A stretch of 64,000 nucleotides of DNA, from assembly GCA_021811275.1 (NCBI GenBank), contig JAJZPI010000004.1, forward strand, positions 106 through 64,105, read 5' to 3'. Shown one piece after another: positions 26,000 through 35,531 of the stretch. Each line of letters begins with the position of its first letter. The stretch's first letter is position 1. This stretch comes from Deltaproteobacteria bacterium (GTDB lineage: Bacteria > Desulfobacterota > Desulfarculia > Desulfarculales > Desulfarculaceae). The notes under the pieces were generated by a model that saw nothing but the letters and a program-made list of their open reading frames with translations, made no database searches and was not told the origin of the DNA. A program made the position numbers and the translations under genes.

Positions 26000-27181
26000 T
26001 CAGACCAAGCCCTCGGCCAACTCCGCGCCGGGCAGCGGGGCCACCGGGCGGGTGAGCAAAAAGCGGCCTTCGGAGATGCGGGTTTTCAGCTCCAAGGCCA
26101 CCTCGCGGGCGCGGTGCCGGCTGGCCAGCCCGCCCGTGGGAACCTTCTTGCCTTCCACCTCGATCTGCCCGCTCATCAGATCGGCCATGGAGACCCGGCC
26201 CAGGTTGCCCGAGCGGCCCAGGGGATAGGCCTCCGAGTAGTCGATGATGGGCATGGTGATGTCCTGGTCGCGCACCGCGGCATGGGCCATCACCTGCTCG
26301 TCGATGATCGGTATGGGTATGCCCAATCCCACTCCCAGGGAAGCGCCGTATCCGGCCAGGGAGGCCGCCCGCAGGAAACGGGGGCTCATGGCCTTGAGGT
26401 CGCCCATCACCGCCAGGGTGGCCGAAGGGCTGAGCGGCAGGTCGCGCTCATCGCGGGCGGGGCTGGCCACGTGCTGGGTGCCCGGCCATACCACGTAGCC
26501 CTCGCCGCCGCCCAGGAAGATGCGCGTTCCCAGGCCCAGGGTGCGCTGCCGGGGGTCGTTGAGCAAGGGGCTGAGCGCGCCGGCGGTGGAGTAGTTGGCG
26601 TTGCCCATGCGGGGCTTGAGCACCCCCATGTAGGTGTATATCGTGCGCTGCGACAAGTTGACGGCCACGTTGTAAAGTTGGTAGGCGTTGCGCGGGTTGA
26701 AAAGCACCGCGCTGTTGAAGTCGGCCAACCCGAGCTCCACGCTGTACTCCTTGCGTGGGTAGCAGTCGGTGCCGTAGGTCTTGGCCTCCAGGCGCACCTT
26801 CTTGCCGCTGATCAGCTCCTCTATAACGTGGGCCCCGCCGTATTTGAACAGGCCGGGATAAACGGCGTTGCGGGGGTCGTCGTCGGGCATGGCCGTGCAG
26901 CCCAGGTAAAGGTCGGCGGCGGCCCAGCCGGCGTAAACCGGCACCCCATTGAAGGTGACCTTGCCGCCTCCGCACTTGATCTTGGGCGTCGACTGGCCGA
27001 TGTTGAAGTAAGCACCCGAGGAGCACATGGGGCCGAAGGTGCCGGTGGTCACCACGTCCACCTGGCGGGCGGCGGCGCCAACGCCCTTATCGGCTACCAA
27101 ACCAATAACTTCCTCGGCCGTGGCCACCACCACCTTGCCGGCCTTGATCTTGGCGTTGATCTCCTCGATGCTCCTGATCAT
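26000..27181 (-). CDS. Homocysteine biosynthesis protein, COG1900/DUF39 family (MA1821-like)
   Basis: 393-aa ORF with the motif VDVVTTGTFGPMCSSGAYFN and family-typical length. Confidence 0.75.
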   Translation of the reverse strand: MIRSIEEINAKIKAGKVVVATAEEVIGLVADKGVGAAARQVDVVTTGTFGPMCSSGAYFNIGQSTPKIKCGGGKVTFNGVPVYAGWAAADLYLGCTAMPDDDPRNAVYPGLFKYGGAHVIEELISGKKVRLEAKTYGTDCYPRKEYSVELGLADFNSAVLFNPRNAYQLYNVAVNLSQRTIYTYMGVLKPRMGNANYSTAGALSPLLNDPRQRTLGLGTRIFLGGGEGYVVWPGTQHVASPARDERDLPLSPSATLAVMGDLKAMSPRFLRAASLAGYGASLGVGLGIPIPIIDEQVMAHAAVRDQDITMPIIDYSEAYPLGRSGNLGRVSMADLMSGQIEVEGKKVPTGGLASRHRAREVALELKTRISEGRFLLTRPVAPLPGAELAEGLV

Positions 27182-27193
27182 GACAGGGCTCCC

Positions 27194-27652
27194 CTATTTC
27201 ACCGCGGAAAGACTTGAAGCGGCAGGAACGCAGGTGCGGTCCTTCTCCTGCTGCCTGGCGACCAACTCGGCCAGAGTCAGGCTTGTGAGATAATCGACAA
27301 GAATTTTGCCCATTTCTCCCCAAACCAGGTGTACGGTGCACCCGCCCACGCGGTCGCAATAGGCGGCGTCCTCCACGCACTCCACCGGGGCCAAGGGACC
27401 TTCCAGGCTGCGCACGATATCATAGAGGTTGATCCGGGCGGGATCATGGGCCAGCATGTAGCCTCCCCTGGCCCCCCGGATGCTCTTGACCAGGCCCGCG
27501 CCCTTTAAAGGTATGAGCAATTGTTCCAAGTATTTGGCGGATATTTCCTGCCGGCTGGCCAAGTCGTGCAGGGGCACGGGACCCTTGCCCGAGTTCATGG
27601 CCAACTCCAGCATGGCCCGCACGCCGTAACGTCCTCTGGTTGAGAGTTTCAT
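27194..27652 (-). CDS. Rrf2-family transcriptional regulator (IscR-like, Cys-containing)
   Basis: Starts at MKLSTRGRYGVRAMLEL (ATG at 27652). It has a wHTH and three Cys residues (CVEDAAYCDRVGGC). The longer ORF call to 27829 overlaps mnmA and was trimmed. Confidence 0.85.
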   Translation of the reverse strand: MKLSTRGRYGVRAMLELAMNSGKGPVPLHDLASRQEISAKYLEQLLIPLKGAGLVKSIRGARGGYMLAHDPARINLYDIVRSLEGPLAPVECVEDAAYCDRVGGCTVHLVWGEMGKILVDYLTSLTLAELVARQQEKDRTCVPAASSLSAVK

Positions 27653-27668
27653 GCGATTCCCCGACTGC

Positions 27669-28694
27669 TTAGTGAAGGGCCTCGCGGATCCAGGCCGAGC
27701 CGACCACGGTGTCGCCTTGTTGAAACACCGCCAACTGGCCCGGGGCAACCGCCCGCTGAGGCTCGTGAAAATACACTGTGACCGCCTCTTCACCCGGCTC
27801 GATCCGGCAAGCCGCTCCCTGGTGGGCATAGCGCACGCGCGCCATCAGGGGAACCTCCGGGTCAGGCCGCCGATGCCATAAGGTTTCGCCAGCCTTGAGG
27901 CCGCCAGCCCAGAGTAAAGGCTCCGGTCCCACGGTCACTGCGGCCAAATCTGGATCCAAGGCCAGCACGTATATCGGACGCCCTAAAGCTACCCCAAGTC
28001 CGCGGCGCTGGCCAACGGTAAATCGGTGCAACCCTTGGTGGCGGCCCAGTTCCCGGCCTTCGGTGTCCAGCAGGGGGCCACCCCGGATCCTGGCGTAACG
28101 GGATACCAATTCGTCCCAGCCGCCAGCGGGTAGAAAGCAGTTGTCCTGGCTTTCCGGACGGCTGGCCGCTTCGAGGCCCTCTTGCGCCGCCTTGAGCCGC
28201 ACCTCGGCCTTGCTCAGTTCGGCCAAGGGGAACCAAAGCTTGGTCAGCAGCCCTGGCTCCACCCGGGCCAGGAAATAGGCCTGGCTCTTGGAGCGGTCGG
28301 CCGCCTCGGCCAGGCATGGCCCCAAGGGGCCCGGACCTAGGCGGGCGTAATGGCCGGTAGCCAGGGCCTCGCAGCCCGCCGCCTGGGCGGCGCGCCACAG
28401 CAAGGGTAGTTTCACCCTGGCGTTGCAAAGCGCGCAAGGATTGGGGGTCAATCCGGCGGCATAGGCCTCGGCGCTGGGGACCACTACCAAGCGGGCGAAT
28501 TCCTCGGCGGCCTCCACAACTTGGTGTTCCAGGCCCAGTTGGGCGGCGGCCCGGCCCCCGGCCCGCCAGCCTTGATCCTCACCCTGGCCCAGGCGCAGAC
28601 TGAAGCCCAACACCTCGTGTCCGGCCTGCTTCAGCAGCAGGGCGGCCACCGAGGAGTCGACCCCCCCGCTCATGGCCATGGCCACCCGCGTCAA
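27669..28694 (-). CDS. mnmA: tRNA 2-thiouridine(34) synthase
   Basis: 341-aa ORF with the PP-loop AMSGGVDSS and typical MnmA length and sequence. Confidence 0.88.
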   Translation of the reverse strand: MTRVAMAMSGGVDSSVAALLLKQAGHEVLGFSLRLGQGEDQGWRAGGRAAAQLGLEHQVVEAAEEFARLVVVPSAEAYAAGLTPNPCALCNARVKLPLLWRAAQAAGCEALATGHYARLGPGPLGPCLAEAADRSKSQAYFLARVEPGLLTKLWFPLAELSKAEVRLKAAQEGLEAASRPESQDNCFLPAGGWDELVSRYARIRGGPLLDTEGRELGRHQGLHRFTVGQRRGLGVALGRPIYVLALDPDLAAVTVGPEPLLWAGGLKAGETLWHRRPDPEVPLMARVRYAHQGAACRIEPGEEAVTVYFHEPQRAVAPGQLAVFQQGDTVVGSAWIREALH

Positions 28695-28859
28695 CGCACC
28701 CTCCCCTTATCCTACTAAGCTCGTAGCTAATAGGGAAAATAAAATATATCCGCGGCCTCCACGGCTGTCAACCGCAAATACCCCGGAGCCGGGTGTTTTT
28801 ATAGGGATTCCATCAAGCAGGACAACTTGGCGTTATATTGCGCTATTATGGCGAAACGC

Positions 28860-29309
28860 TCAGCGCTTCAGAGCCCGGTGCATCTCGCGGGCCTGTTCGC
28901 GCTCCTTGATGGCGTGGCGCTTGTCGTGGGTCTTCTTGCCCTTGGCCAGGGCCAGCTCGATCTTGGCCTTGCCGTTTTTAAAGTAAATACTCAAAGGAAT
29001 GAGGCTCATGCCCTGTTCCTGCACCTTGCTGGCCAGCTTGCGCAACTCGCGCTTGTGCAGCAGAAGCTTGCGGGGCCGTTCCGGGTCATGCTGGTCATAA
29101 TGGGCGTAAGGATACTGAATTATATGGCATCCCACCAGCCAGGCCTCGCCGTCCTTGAACTTGGCGAAGGAGTCGGTCAGGTTGGCCTTGCCCATGCGCA
29201 GGGATTTCACCTCGCTGCCGGTGAGCACCAGCCCGGCCTCCACCCGGTCGCCCAACTCATAGTCGAAGCGCGCCTTCTTGTTCTTGGCGATCAGCTTGAT
29301 GCCTTCCAA
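28860..29309 (-). CDS. smpB: SsrA-binding protein
   Basis: 149-aa ORF with NKKARFDY, GSEVKSLR and KIELALAKGKK. Confidence 0.93.
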   Translation of the reverse strand: MEGIKLIAKNKKARFDYELGDRVEAGLVLTGSEVKSLRMGKANLTDSFAKFKDGEAWLVGCHIIQYPYAHYDQHDPERPRKLLLHKRELRKLASKVQEQGMSLIPLSIYFKNGKAKIELALAKGKKTHDKRHAIKEREQAREMHRALKR

Positions 29310-29372
29310 GGCCGCTTCTCCATCAAGTAAATACTTTAATTGACCGGTGCTGGTACGGGAATGTCCGCCGAA

Positions 29373-31148
29373 CTAGGCCGCGGCGCGCGCCCCGGTGAAT
29401 ATCTGGGGGAATTGGCGCTTGAGCTGGCGGTCCATGAAGCGGATGACCTCTTCGGCGGTGGAAAAAGTCAAGGCCTCCCTGGCCAGGCGCTCCCAGGTCT
29501 TCTGGTTGACCAGACGCACGATCCGCTTGACCCGGGGAATGGCCAGGGCGTTCATGGATAGATGATCCAGGCCCAGTCCCAACAGCAGGGGCACCGCGCG
29601 CTGATCGCCGGCCATTTCGCCGCACATGGCCACGGTTATGCCCGCCTGGTGTCCGGCCTTGACAGTCTGCTTGATCATGCGCAATACCGCCGGGTGCATG
29701 GGCTGGTAGAGATGGGACACCTGCTCGTTGACCCGGTCGATGGCCAGCGCGTACTGGATCAGGTCGTTGGTGCCGATGGAGAAGAAGTCCACATGCCGGG
29801 CCAGGAGGTCGGCCACGGCCACGGCCGAAGGCACCTCCACCATGATGCCCACCTCCATCTTGCGGTCGAAGCGTATTCCTTCCTGCTTGAGTTCGGCCCG
29901 CACCTCTTCCAGGAGGTCCTTGGCCTTCAACAGCTCGTCCACCCCGGAAATCATGGGAAACAGCACCCGCACCCGGCCATGGGCGCTGGCCCGCAGGATG
30001 GCCCGCAGCTGGTCCTTGAACAGCTCCCGCTCCTTGAGGCAGAAGCGGATGGCCCTGAGCCCCAGGGCCGGGTTGATCTCCGGCGAAAGCTCCATGAAGC
30101 TGGCGAACTTGTCGCCGCCGATATCCAGGGTGCGGATGTTCACCGGCCGGCCTTGCAGACGCTGGGCCACGGCCTTGAAGTTGGCGTAGAGTTCCTCCGC
30201 GCTGGGCAGGGTCCTCTTGCTGATATAGAAAAACTCCGTGCGGTAGAGCCCGATGCTCTCGGCTCCGTAGCCCAGGCAGGTGCCCACCTCCTCGGCCAAC
30301 TCTATGTTGGCCCCGATGTCCACCTTGCGCCCGTCGACGGTCTCGGCCGGCAGATGGGCCAAGGCCAGGGTCTCCTGGGCGTAGAGTTCGTAGGCTTCCT
30401 GGCGGTCGCGGTATTCGTGCAGGGTCTCCTCGTCGGGGTTGATCACCACCACCCCGGCGGTGCCGTCGACGACTATGAAGTCGCCGCTGGTGACCTCGGA
30501 GCTGATCCGCTCCAGCCCCAGCACCGCCGGGATGGCCTTGGCCTGGGCCATGATGGCGGTGTGGCTGGTGGGGCCGCCCATGTCGGTGACGAAGCCCAGC
30601 ACCCAGTCCAGGTCCATCTGGGTGGTGTCGGCGGGCGAAAGGTCGTGGGCCACCACGATTACCTTCTCGCGGATGTTGGACAGGGACGAGTCGTTCTGTC
30701 CGCTCAGGTGGCGGAGCACCTGGTCGGTGACGTGCACCACGTCGGCGAAACGCGAGCGCAGATAGTCGTCCTTTACCTTGTCGAAGACCCCCTGAGCCTC
30801 GGTCACCGATTGCGAAAGCGCCCATTCGGCGTTGATGCCCTGGGCGCGGATGAGATCCACCGTGCGGTCCTTGAGCATACGGTCGCCCAGGATGAGCAGA
30901 TGCGCCTCGATGATATAGGAATATTCGGCCAAGGCGGCGTCCAGGTCCTCGCGGGCGTCCACCAGCTCCTGCTTGGTGGCCTCCAGGGCGGCCAGAAAGC
31001 GCACCACCTCCGACTCCACCTCGTTCGGGGTGTCCAGGTGGCGGTAGACCACCTTTACGGCATGGCGGGGAACGGACCAGGCCCGTCCGATGACGATACC
31101 CGGCGAGGCGCCGACGCCGTGGAGGGTCTTCTCCTTGCTCGCGCTCAC
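29373..31148 (-). CDS. ptsI: Phosphoenolpyruvate-protein phosphotransferase (PTS enzyme I)
   Basis: 591-aa ORF with the active-site region GGPTSHTAIMA and a PEP-utilising TIM barrel. Its GTG start overlaps the upstream stop by 1 nt. Confidence 0.92.
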   Translation of the reverse strand: MSASKEKTLHGVGASPGIVIGRAWSVPRHAVKVVYRHLDTPNEVESEVVRFLAALEATKQELVDAREDLDAALAEYSYIIEAHLLILGDRMLKDRTVDLIRAQGINAEWALSQSVTEAQGVFDKVKDDYLRSRFADVVHVTDQVLRHLSGQNDSSLSNIREKVIVVAHDLSPADTTQMDLDWVLGFVTDMGGPTSHTAIMAQAKAIPAVLGLERISSEVTSGDFIVVDGTAGVVVINPDEETLHEYRDRQEAYELYAQETLALAHLPAETVDGRKVDIGANIELAEEVGTCLGYGAESIGLYRTEFFYISKRTLPSAEELYANFKAVAQRLQGRPVNIRTLDIGGDKFASFMELSPEINPALGLRAIRFCLKERELFKDQLRAILRASAHGRVRVLFPMISGVDELLKAKDLLEEVRAELKQEGIRFDRKMEVGIMVEVPSAVAVADLLARHVDFFSIGTNDLIQYALAIDRVNEQVSHLYQPMHPAVLRMIKQTVKAGHQAGITVAMCGEMAGDQRAVPLLLGLGLDHLSMNALAIPRVKRIVRLVNQKTWERLAREALTFSTAEEVIRFMDRQLKRQFPQIFTGARAAA

Positions 31149-31435
31149 TAGCGCTCCCCGAAATCGATGGCGAACAGGTCTTCCAGGGCCTTCAAGGCCT
31201 CGGGAGCCTGGCGGCCGGCGGCCTGCACGGTGAGCCGGCTGCCCTGGGGGGCGTCCAGGGTCAGGATCGACAGCACGCTGCTGCCGTCGGCCTCCTGGTC
31301 ATCCTTGGCGATGCTCACCTGGCACTCGAAATTCTGCACCGTCTGGGCGATACGCGCCGCCACCCGGGCATGCAGGCCCAGGCTGTTGTTGACCATGAGC
31401 TGGCGTTCCAGGCGCTGGGGTTGTTCCGCAGTCAA
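31148..31435 (-). other. ptsH: HPr (phosphocarrier) module, either the C-terminal domain of the RsmI frame or an internally initiated ptsH
   Basis: It has the NSLGLHARVAARI active-site His motif and the GSSVLSILTL Ser46-like region. Possible internal starts are a TTG at 31435 and an ATG at 31396, both in frame. Confidence 0.6.
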
Positions 31436-32353
31436 CTCTGGCGAAGTCACTGGCTCGTTCCTCGCTGGCGCTGGCTGGCTGATGGGAGCCGCCGCCTCGT
31501 CTCGGCCCTGGGTTTCATTTTTCAAAGCGAGCAAGCGCTGATAAACCTCGTCACGGCCCAAGCCCGTGGCCGCCGCCACCCGCCGGGCCAAACGGCTGGG
31601 CGGCTCCTTGCCGCCGGCCAGGCCCTCGCGCAACAGCTCGCGCACCTCGTCTTCCGGGGCGAACGCGGCGGTGGAGCGGCCCTCGGCGCCGGCCACCACC
31701 AGGGTCACTTCGCCCTTGGTCTGGACGTCGTCCAGGCGTTCGGCCAATTCCCGGCAAGTGGTATGTACCACCTCTTCGTGAATTTTGCTAAGCTCCCGCG
31801 CCAGCACGAGCGGCCGGTCGCCCAGCGTCTCCATAAGATCGCGGGAGGTCTCGGCCAGCCGGTGGGGGGCCTCGAAAAGCACCAGGGGCCAGCCGGTCTC
31901 GGCGGCCCGCCGCAGGAGCTTGCGGCGCGCCCCGGCCTTGGCCGGCGCAAAGCCCAGGAAAACCACCGGCGCGGCCTCCACTCCGGCCACCGACAGGGCC
32001 GCCGCCAGGGCGCTGGGTCCGGGCAGGGGGCTAAGGCGATGCCCGGCCGCCGCGGCGGCCTTGACCACCCAGGCCCCGGGGTCGCTCACCCCCGGGGTGC
32101 CCGAGTCGCTGACCAGGACCACGTCGTGGCCCGCCCCCAGGGACTGGACCACCTCCTGGGCGGCCCGGGCGCGGTTGGCCTCGCGGCAGGAGATCAGGCG
32201 CTTGCCGCTCAAGCCAAGGTGGCTCAGGAGCTTGCGCGTACGGGTCAGGCTCTCGGCCGCCACCACCGGGGCCTGGGCCAGGGCCCGGGCCGCGCGGGGG
32301 CTCAAGTCCTCCAGATTGCCGATGGGCGTGGCGACTACATAAAGGGTGGCCAT
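31148..32353 (-). CDS. rsmI: 16S rRNA (cytidine1402-2'-O)-methyltransferase RsmI reading through, with no stop codon, into an HPr domain
   Basis: The ATG at 32353 gives MATLYVVATPIGNLEDLS, the RsmI N-terminus. The same frame continues without a stop to 31148 and ends with an HPr-like module. Confidence 0.75.
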   Translation of the reverse strand: MATLYVVATPIGNLEDLSPRAARALAQAPVVAAESLTRTRKLLSHLGLSGKRLISCREANRARAAQEVVQSLGAGHDVVLVSDSGTPGVSDPGAWVVKAAAAAGHRLSPLPGPSALAAALSVAGVEAAPVVFLGFAPAKAGARRKLLRRAAETGWPLVLFEAPHRLAETSRDLMETLGDRPLVLARELSKIHEEVVHTTCRELAERLDDVQTKGEVTLVVAGAEGRSTAAFAPEDEVRELLREGLAGGKEPPSRLARRVAAATGLGRDEVYQRLLALKNETQGRDEAAAPISQPAPARNEPVTSPELTAEQPQRLERQLMVNNSLGLHARVAARIAQTVQNFECQVSIAKDDQEADGSSVLSILTLDAPQGSRLTVQAAGRQAPEALKALEDLFAIDFGER

Positions 32354-32357
32354 GCGC

Positions 32358-32753
32358 TCAATCCCCCACCCGGAAGGCGTCGCGGTGGTGGCGCAGCCGG
32401 GGCCGCCCCCCGCCGAACTCCACGGCCACCACGTCGAAACGGCAGACCGGCCAGGGCCCCTCCCGTCCGGCCAGGAAGGCTGCGGCCGCGCTGGCCAGAC
32501 GCCTGCGCTTGAGCTGGTCCACCGCCTCCTCCGCCGTTCCGCCGGGCCCGGTGGTCCCTCCCTGGGCCCGTCCCTTGACCTCCACGAAGACCAGGGTCTC
32601 GCCCTCCCAGGCCACCAAGTCCAGCTCGCCCCCGCCCCGGCGGAGGTTGGTCCCTTCCACCCGCCAGCCCTGGCGTTCCAGATGGGCCTTGGCCAGGGCC
32701 TCGGCCGCGCGGCCCAGGGCCAGGGCGGCCTTCCTCGGTTGGCTCTCAACCAT
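32358..32753 (-). CDS. yraN: YraN-family (UPF0102) endonuclease-like protein
   Basis: Starts MVESQPRK (ATG at 32753). It has the motif GELDLVAWEGETLVFVEVKGR. It overlaps the rnhB stop by 8 nt. Confidence 0.8.
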   Translation of the reverse strand: MVESQPRKAALALGRAAEALAKAHLERQGWRVEGTNLRRGGGELDLVAWEGETLVFVEVKGRAQGGTTGPGGTAEEAVDQLKRRRLASAAAAFLAGREGPWPVCRFDVVAVEFGGGRPRLRHHRDAFRVGD

Positions 32754-33402
32754 TTTCAAAGCCCAAGAGTAGTTGAGCCACCGGCTGGTAGCTGTGGCGG
32801 TGGATGGGGCAGGGTCCGATGCGCTCGAGGGCCTGGCGGTGTTCCAAGGTGCCGTAGCCCTTGTTGGCCGCGAAATTGTATTCCGGATAACGGCGGTGCC
32901 AGGCCTGCATGAGACCGTCGCGGTGCACCTTGGCCAGAATGCTGGCGGCGGCCACGACCCGACAGGTGGCATCGCCCGCCACCACCGCCCGCTGGGGCAT
33001 GTCCAGATCGAGGGTGAAGCGGCCATCGATTAAAAGGTAGTCCGGCTGCACGGCCAGGGCCTCGACCGCCCGGCGCATGGCCAGGAGGCTGGCCCGATGG
33101 ATGTTGAGCCGGTCCACCTCCTCCTTTTCCGCCCAACCCACCGCCCAGGCCAGGGCCTCGGCGGCAAGCAGGCGGGCCAGTTCACTTCTGCGGGCCTGGC
33201 CGAGGCGCTTGGAGTCGTCCAGGCGGGGGTCGGTCCAGCGTTCCGGCAGGATAACCGCCGCCGCCACCACCGGCCCGGCCAAGGGCCCCCGGCCCACCTC
33301 GTCCACCCCGGCCACCAGGGCATAGCCCTGGCAGGCCAGATCAATCTCCAGGGCGGCCGTGGGGCCTGGCCTCCCCTTGGGGCGGCTCCCCCCCGGAGCC
33401 AC
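32746..33402 (-). CDS. rnhB: Ribonuclease HII
   Basis: 218-aa ORF with GVDEVGRGPLAGPVV and DSKRL motifs. Confidence 0.9.
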   Translation of the reverse strand: MAPGGSRPKGRPGPTAALEIDLACQGYALVAGVDEVGRGPLAGPVVAAAVILPERWTDPRLDDSKRLGQARRSELARLLAAEALAWAVGWAEKEEVDRLNIHRASLLAMRRAVEALAVQPDYLLIDGRFTLDLDMPQRAVVAGDATCRVVAAASILAKVHRDGLMQAWHRRYPEYNFAANKGYGTLEHRQALERIGPCPIHRHSYQPVAQLLLGFENG

Positions 33403-33405
33403 GCG

Positions 33406-33753
33406 CTAGGCCTTGCGCACTTCCTTGATGCGGGCGGCCTTGCCGCGCAGCTTGCGCAGGTAGTAGATGCGCCCCTGGCGCACGCGGCCCTTGGTGACCA
33501 CCTCCACGCGGTCGATCACCGGCGAGTGCATGGGAAAGATGCGCTCCACGCCCACGCCGTAGGAGACCTTGCGCACGGTGAAGGAAGACCCCAGGCCCTC
33601 GCCTCGGCGGCGCAGGACCACGCCCTCGAAGGCCTGCAAACGCTCCTTCTCGCCCTCCTTGATACGCACGTGCACCCGCACCGTGTCGCCGGCGCGGAAC
33701 TGGGGCAGGTCCACCCGCTGCTGTTCGCGGGTAATCATCTCCCTGGCGTCCAT
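33406..33753 (-). CDS. rplS: 50S ribosomal protein L19
   Basis: The ATG at 33753 is preceded by a GGAGA RBS. The sequence [28 protein letters not shown] is typical of L19. Confidence 0.92.
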   Translation of the reverse strand: MDAREMITREQQRVDLPQFRAGDTVRVHVRIKEGEKERLQAFEGVVLRRRGEGLGSSFTVRKVSYGVGVERIFPMHSPVIDRVEVVTKGRVRQGRIYYLRKLRGKAARIKEVRKA

Positions 33754-33816
33754 TTTCGTTTCTCCTTGCAAGGGCCCGGGCGCGCGAGCGCCCCGGCCAC
33801 GAAATATCAGTTTGCC

Positions 33817-34563
33817 TTAGGCCCCCTCCCCGGAGGCCTCCTCGCCGCGCACTTCCTCCAGAAGGAGCAGGTCCTCCCGGCTCAGGCTAGCCCTGGCCAG
33901 AAGGTCGGGCCGACGCAGAAAGGTGCGCCGCAGGGACTCCTTGCGCCGCCAGCGGGCGATGGCCGCGTGGTTGCCGCTTAGGAGCACCTCGGGCACCGCC
34001 ACGCCCTCGAACAGCGGGGGCCTGGTGTAGTGCGGGTGCTCCAAGAGGCCGTCCATGAAACTGTCGGCCTCCGCCGAGTCGGCGCCGTGCAGCACGCCGG
34101 GCACCAGCCGGCTCACTGCGTCCACCACGCACAGGGCGGCCAACTCGCCACCGCTGAGCACGAAGTCGCCCAGGCTGAGCTCCTCGTGCACGTAACGCTC
34201 CCTGACCCGCTCGTCCACCCCCTCATAGCGCCCGCAGACCAGGGCCAGGCGCGGCCAGCGGGCCAGCTCCCGGACCTTGTCCTGGTCCAGGGGCGGCCCC
34301 TGGGGCGACATGAGAATCACCCTGGCCGGCGGCTGGGGCTGCAGGTCCTCTATGGCCCGGGCCAGCGGCGGGGCCATCATGACCATGCCGTCGCCCCCGC
34401 CGTAGGGCACGTCGTCCACCGTGCGGTGGCGGTCCTGGGCGTAGTCGCGGATGTTCACCGTCCGCACGTTTATCAGCCCGGCCTTGGCCGCCCGGCCCAG
34501 GATGGAGGCCTGGCAGTAGGCCTCGCACACCTCGGGGAACAGGGTCAGGATATCAAAGATCAT
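33817..34563 (-). CDS. trmD: tRNA (guanine37-N1)-methyltransferase
   Basis: 248-aa ORF with [21 protein letters not shown] and [12 protein letters not shown]. Confidence 0.93.
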   Translation of the reverse strand: MIFDILTLFPEVCEAYCQASILGRAAKAGLINVRTVNIRDYAQDRHRTVDDVPYGGGDGMVMMAPPLARAIEDLQPQPPARVILMSPQGPPLDQDKVRELARWPRLALVCGRYEGVDERVRERYVHEELSLGDFVLSGGELAALCVVDAVSRLVPGVLHGADSAEADSFMDGLLEHPHYTRPPLFEGVAVPEVLLSGNHAAIARWRRKESLRRTFLRRPDLLARASLSREDLLLLEEVRGEEASGEGA

Positions 34564-35125
34564 TTGGGGGCCCGTCCGGCCGGCCGCCGTCCTCCGGCCA
34601 GCCTTGGGACTCCAAAAGCCCAGGCGGAGGATCGACGATTATCCGGCCCTCGCCGGCCTTGACCGCCAGGACCACGCCCTCCACCACCGGTATCAGGGCC
34701 TCTTTACCATCCGGGGCCTGGACCAGCAACAGGTCGTGGGCTCCCAGGTCGCCGATTTCCTTCACCCGTCCCAGTTCGCGCCCGCGGGCGTCCAGGACCA
34801 GAGCGTTCTTGAGCTGATACCAGTAGTACTCATCCTCGGCCAGGGGCGGCAGGCTGGCCTGGGGAAGATAGACCCACTGCCCCCCCAACCCCGCCGCCTG
34901 CTCCCGGCTTTGCACTTCGCGGGCGCTTATGAGCAACCTACCGCCGTGCTCCCGCAGGCCGGTCAGGACCAGGGGCCGCGCCGACTCCGGATTGGGCCCC
35001 ACATAAATTTGGCCCGCCCGTTGAAAGGCCTCCGGGCCGCGGCCGAAGGAAAAAACCTTGATCTCTCCCCTGACGCCGAAGGCACCCGAGACCCGGCCCA
35101 TGAGGACCAGGTCCTTGCCGCCCAT
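34553..35125 (-). CDS. rimM: 16S rRNA processing protein RimM
   Basis: The ATG at 35125 gives [24 protein letters not shown]. The long upstream ORF extension overlaps the KH-protein gene and was rejected. Confidence 0.85.
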   Translation of the reverse strand: MGGKDLVLMGRVSGAFGVRGEIKVFSFGRGPEAFQRAGQIYVGPNPESARPLVLTGLREHGGRLLISAREVQSREQAAGLGGQWVYLPQASLPPLAEDEYYWYQLKNALVLDARGRELGRVKEIGDLGAHDLLLVQAPDGKEALIPVVEGVVLAVKAGEGRIIVDPPPGLLESQGWPEDGGRPDGPPNDL

Positions 35126-35127
35126 GG

Positions 35128-35358
35128 CTACTCTATGATCTCCAGCACGGAGCGCTTGCGGATCTTGGTCGAGGACGCGCTCAAGATGGTGCGCATGGCC
35201 CGGGCGGTGCGGCCCTGTTTGCCGATAACCTTGCCCAAGTCCTCCTTGGCCACCTTCAGTTCGATGACCGAGGTCTGTTCGCCCTCTATCTCGTTCACCT
35301 CGACCTGATCGGGATTGTCCACCAGCGCCTGCGCGATGTACTTGATCAACTCTTTCAT
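35128..35358 (-). CDS. KH-domain RNA-binding protein (YlqC/UPF0109 family)
   Basis: The ATG at 35358 gives [30 protein letters not shown] (GXXG KH motif). It sits in the conserved position between rpsP and rimM. Confidence 0.85.
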   Translation of the reverse strand: MKELIKYIAQALVDNPDQVEVNEIEGEQTSVIELKVAKEDLGKVIGKQGRTARAMRTILSASSTKIRKRSVLEIIE

Positions 35359-35531
35359 CGGGCACCTCCACGTGCGTGGGGAGAATGAACCTTGCGCCAT
35401 GGGCGGAGTCCCGGACGCGGCCGGTCAAGGCCGTTCCTGGGACTCCCGATCCTCCTGGTCTGCCGGCCGCGGCCCACTCCCCCCCGAAAGGCACGAGCGT
35501 CCCGGCAGCCTCCCGGTCCCGAGGGACCGGC

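Noticed and set aside
27653-27829. Upstream extension of the Rrf2 regulator ORF, and the analogous extensions of rimM to 35494, the KH protein to 35400 and the DUF1786-like gene from 37323
   Set aside because: The extensions overlap the preceding genes or encode implausible basic leaders. Internal ATGs reproduce the conserved family N-termini.
28695-28859. tmRNA (ssrA) next to smpB
   Set aside because: The intergenic region is only about 165 bp and lacks the tRNA-like acceptor end and tag-peptide reading frame.
32354-32749. N-terminal 132-codon extension of the RsmI reading frame in the ORF track (start at 32749)
   Set aside because: The extension is Trp/Arg/Pro-rich nonsense overlapping the well-supported yraN gene in another frame. 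The canonical RsmI N-terminus begins at the ATG at 32353.
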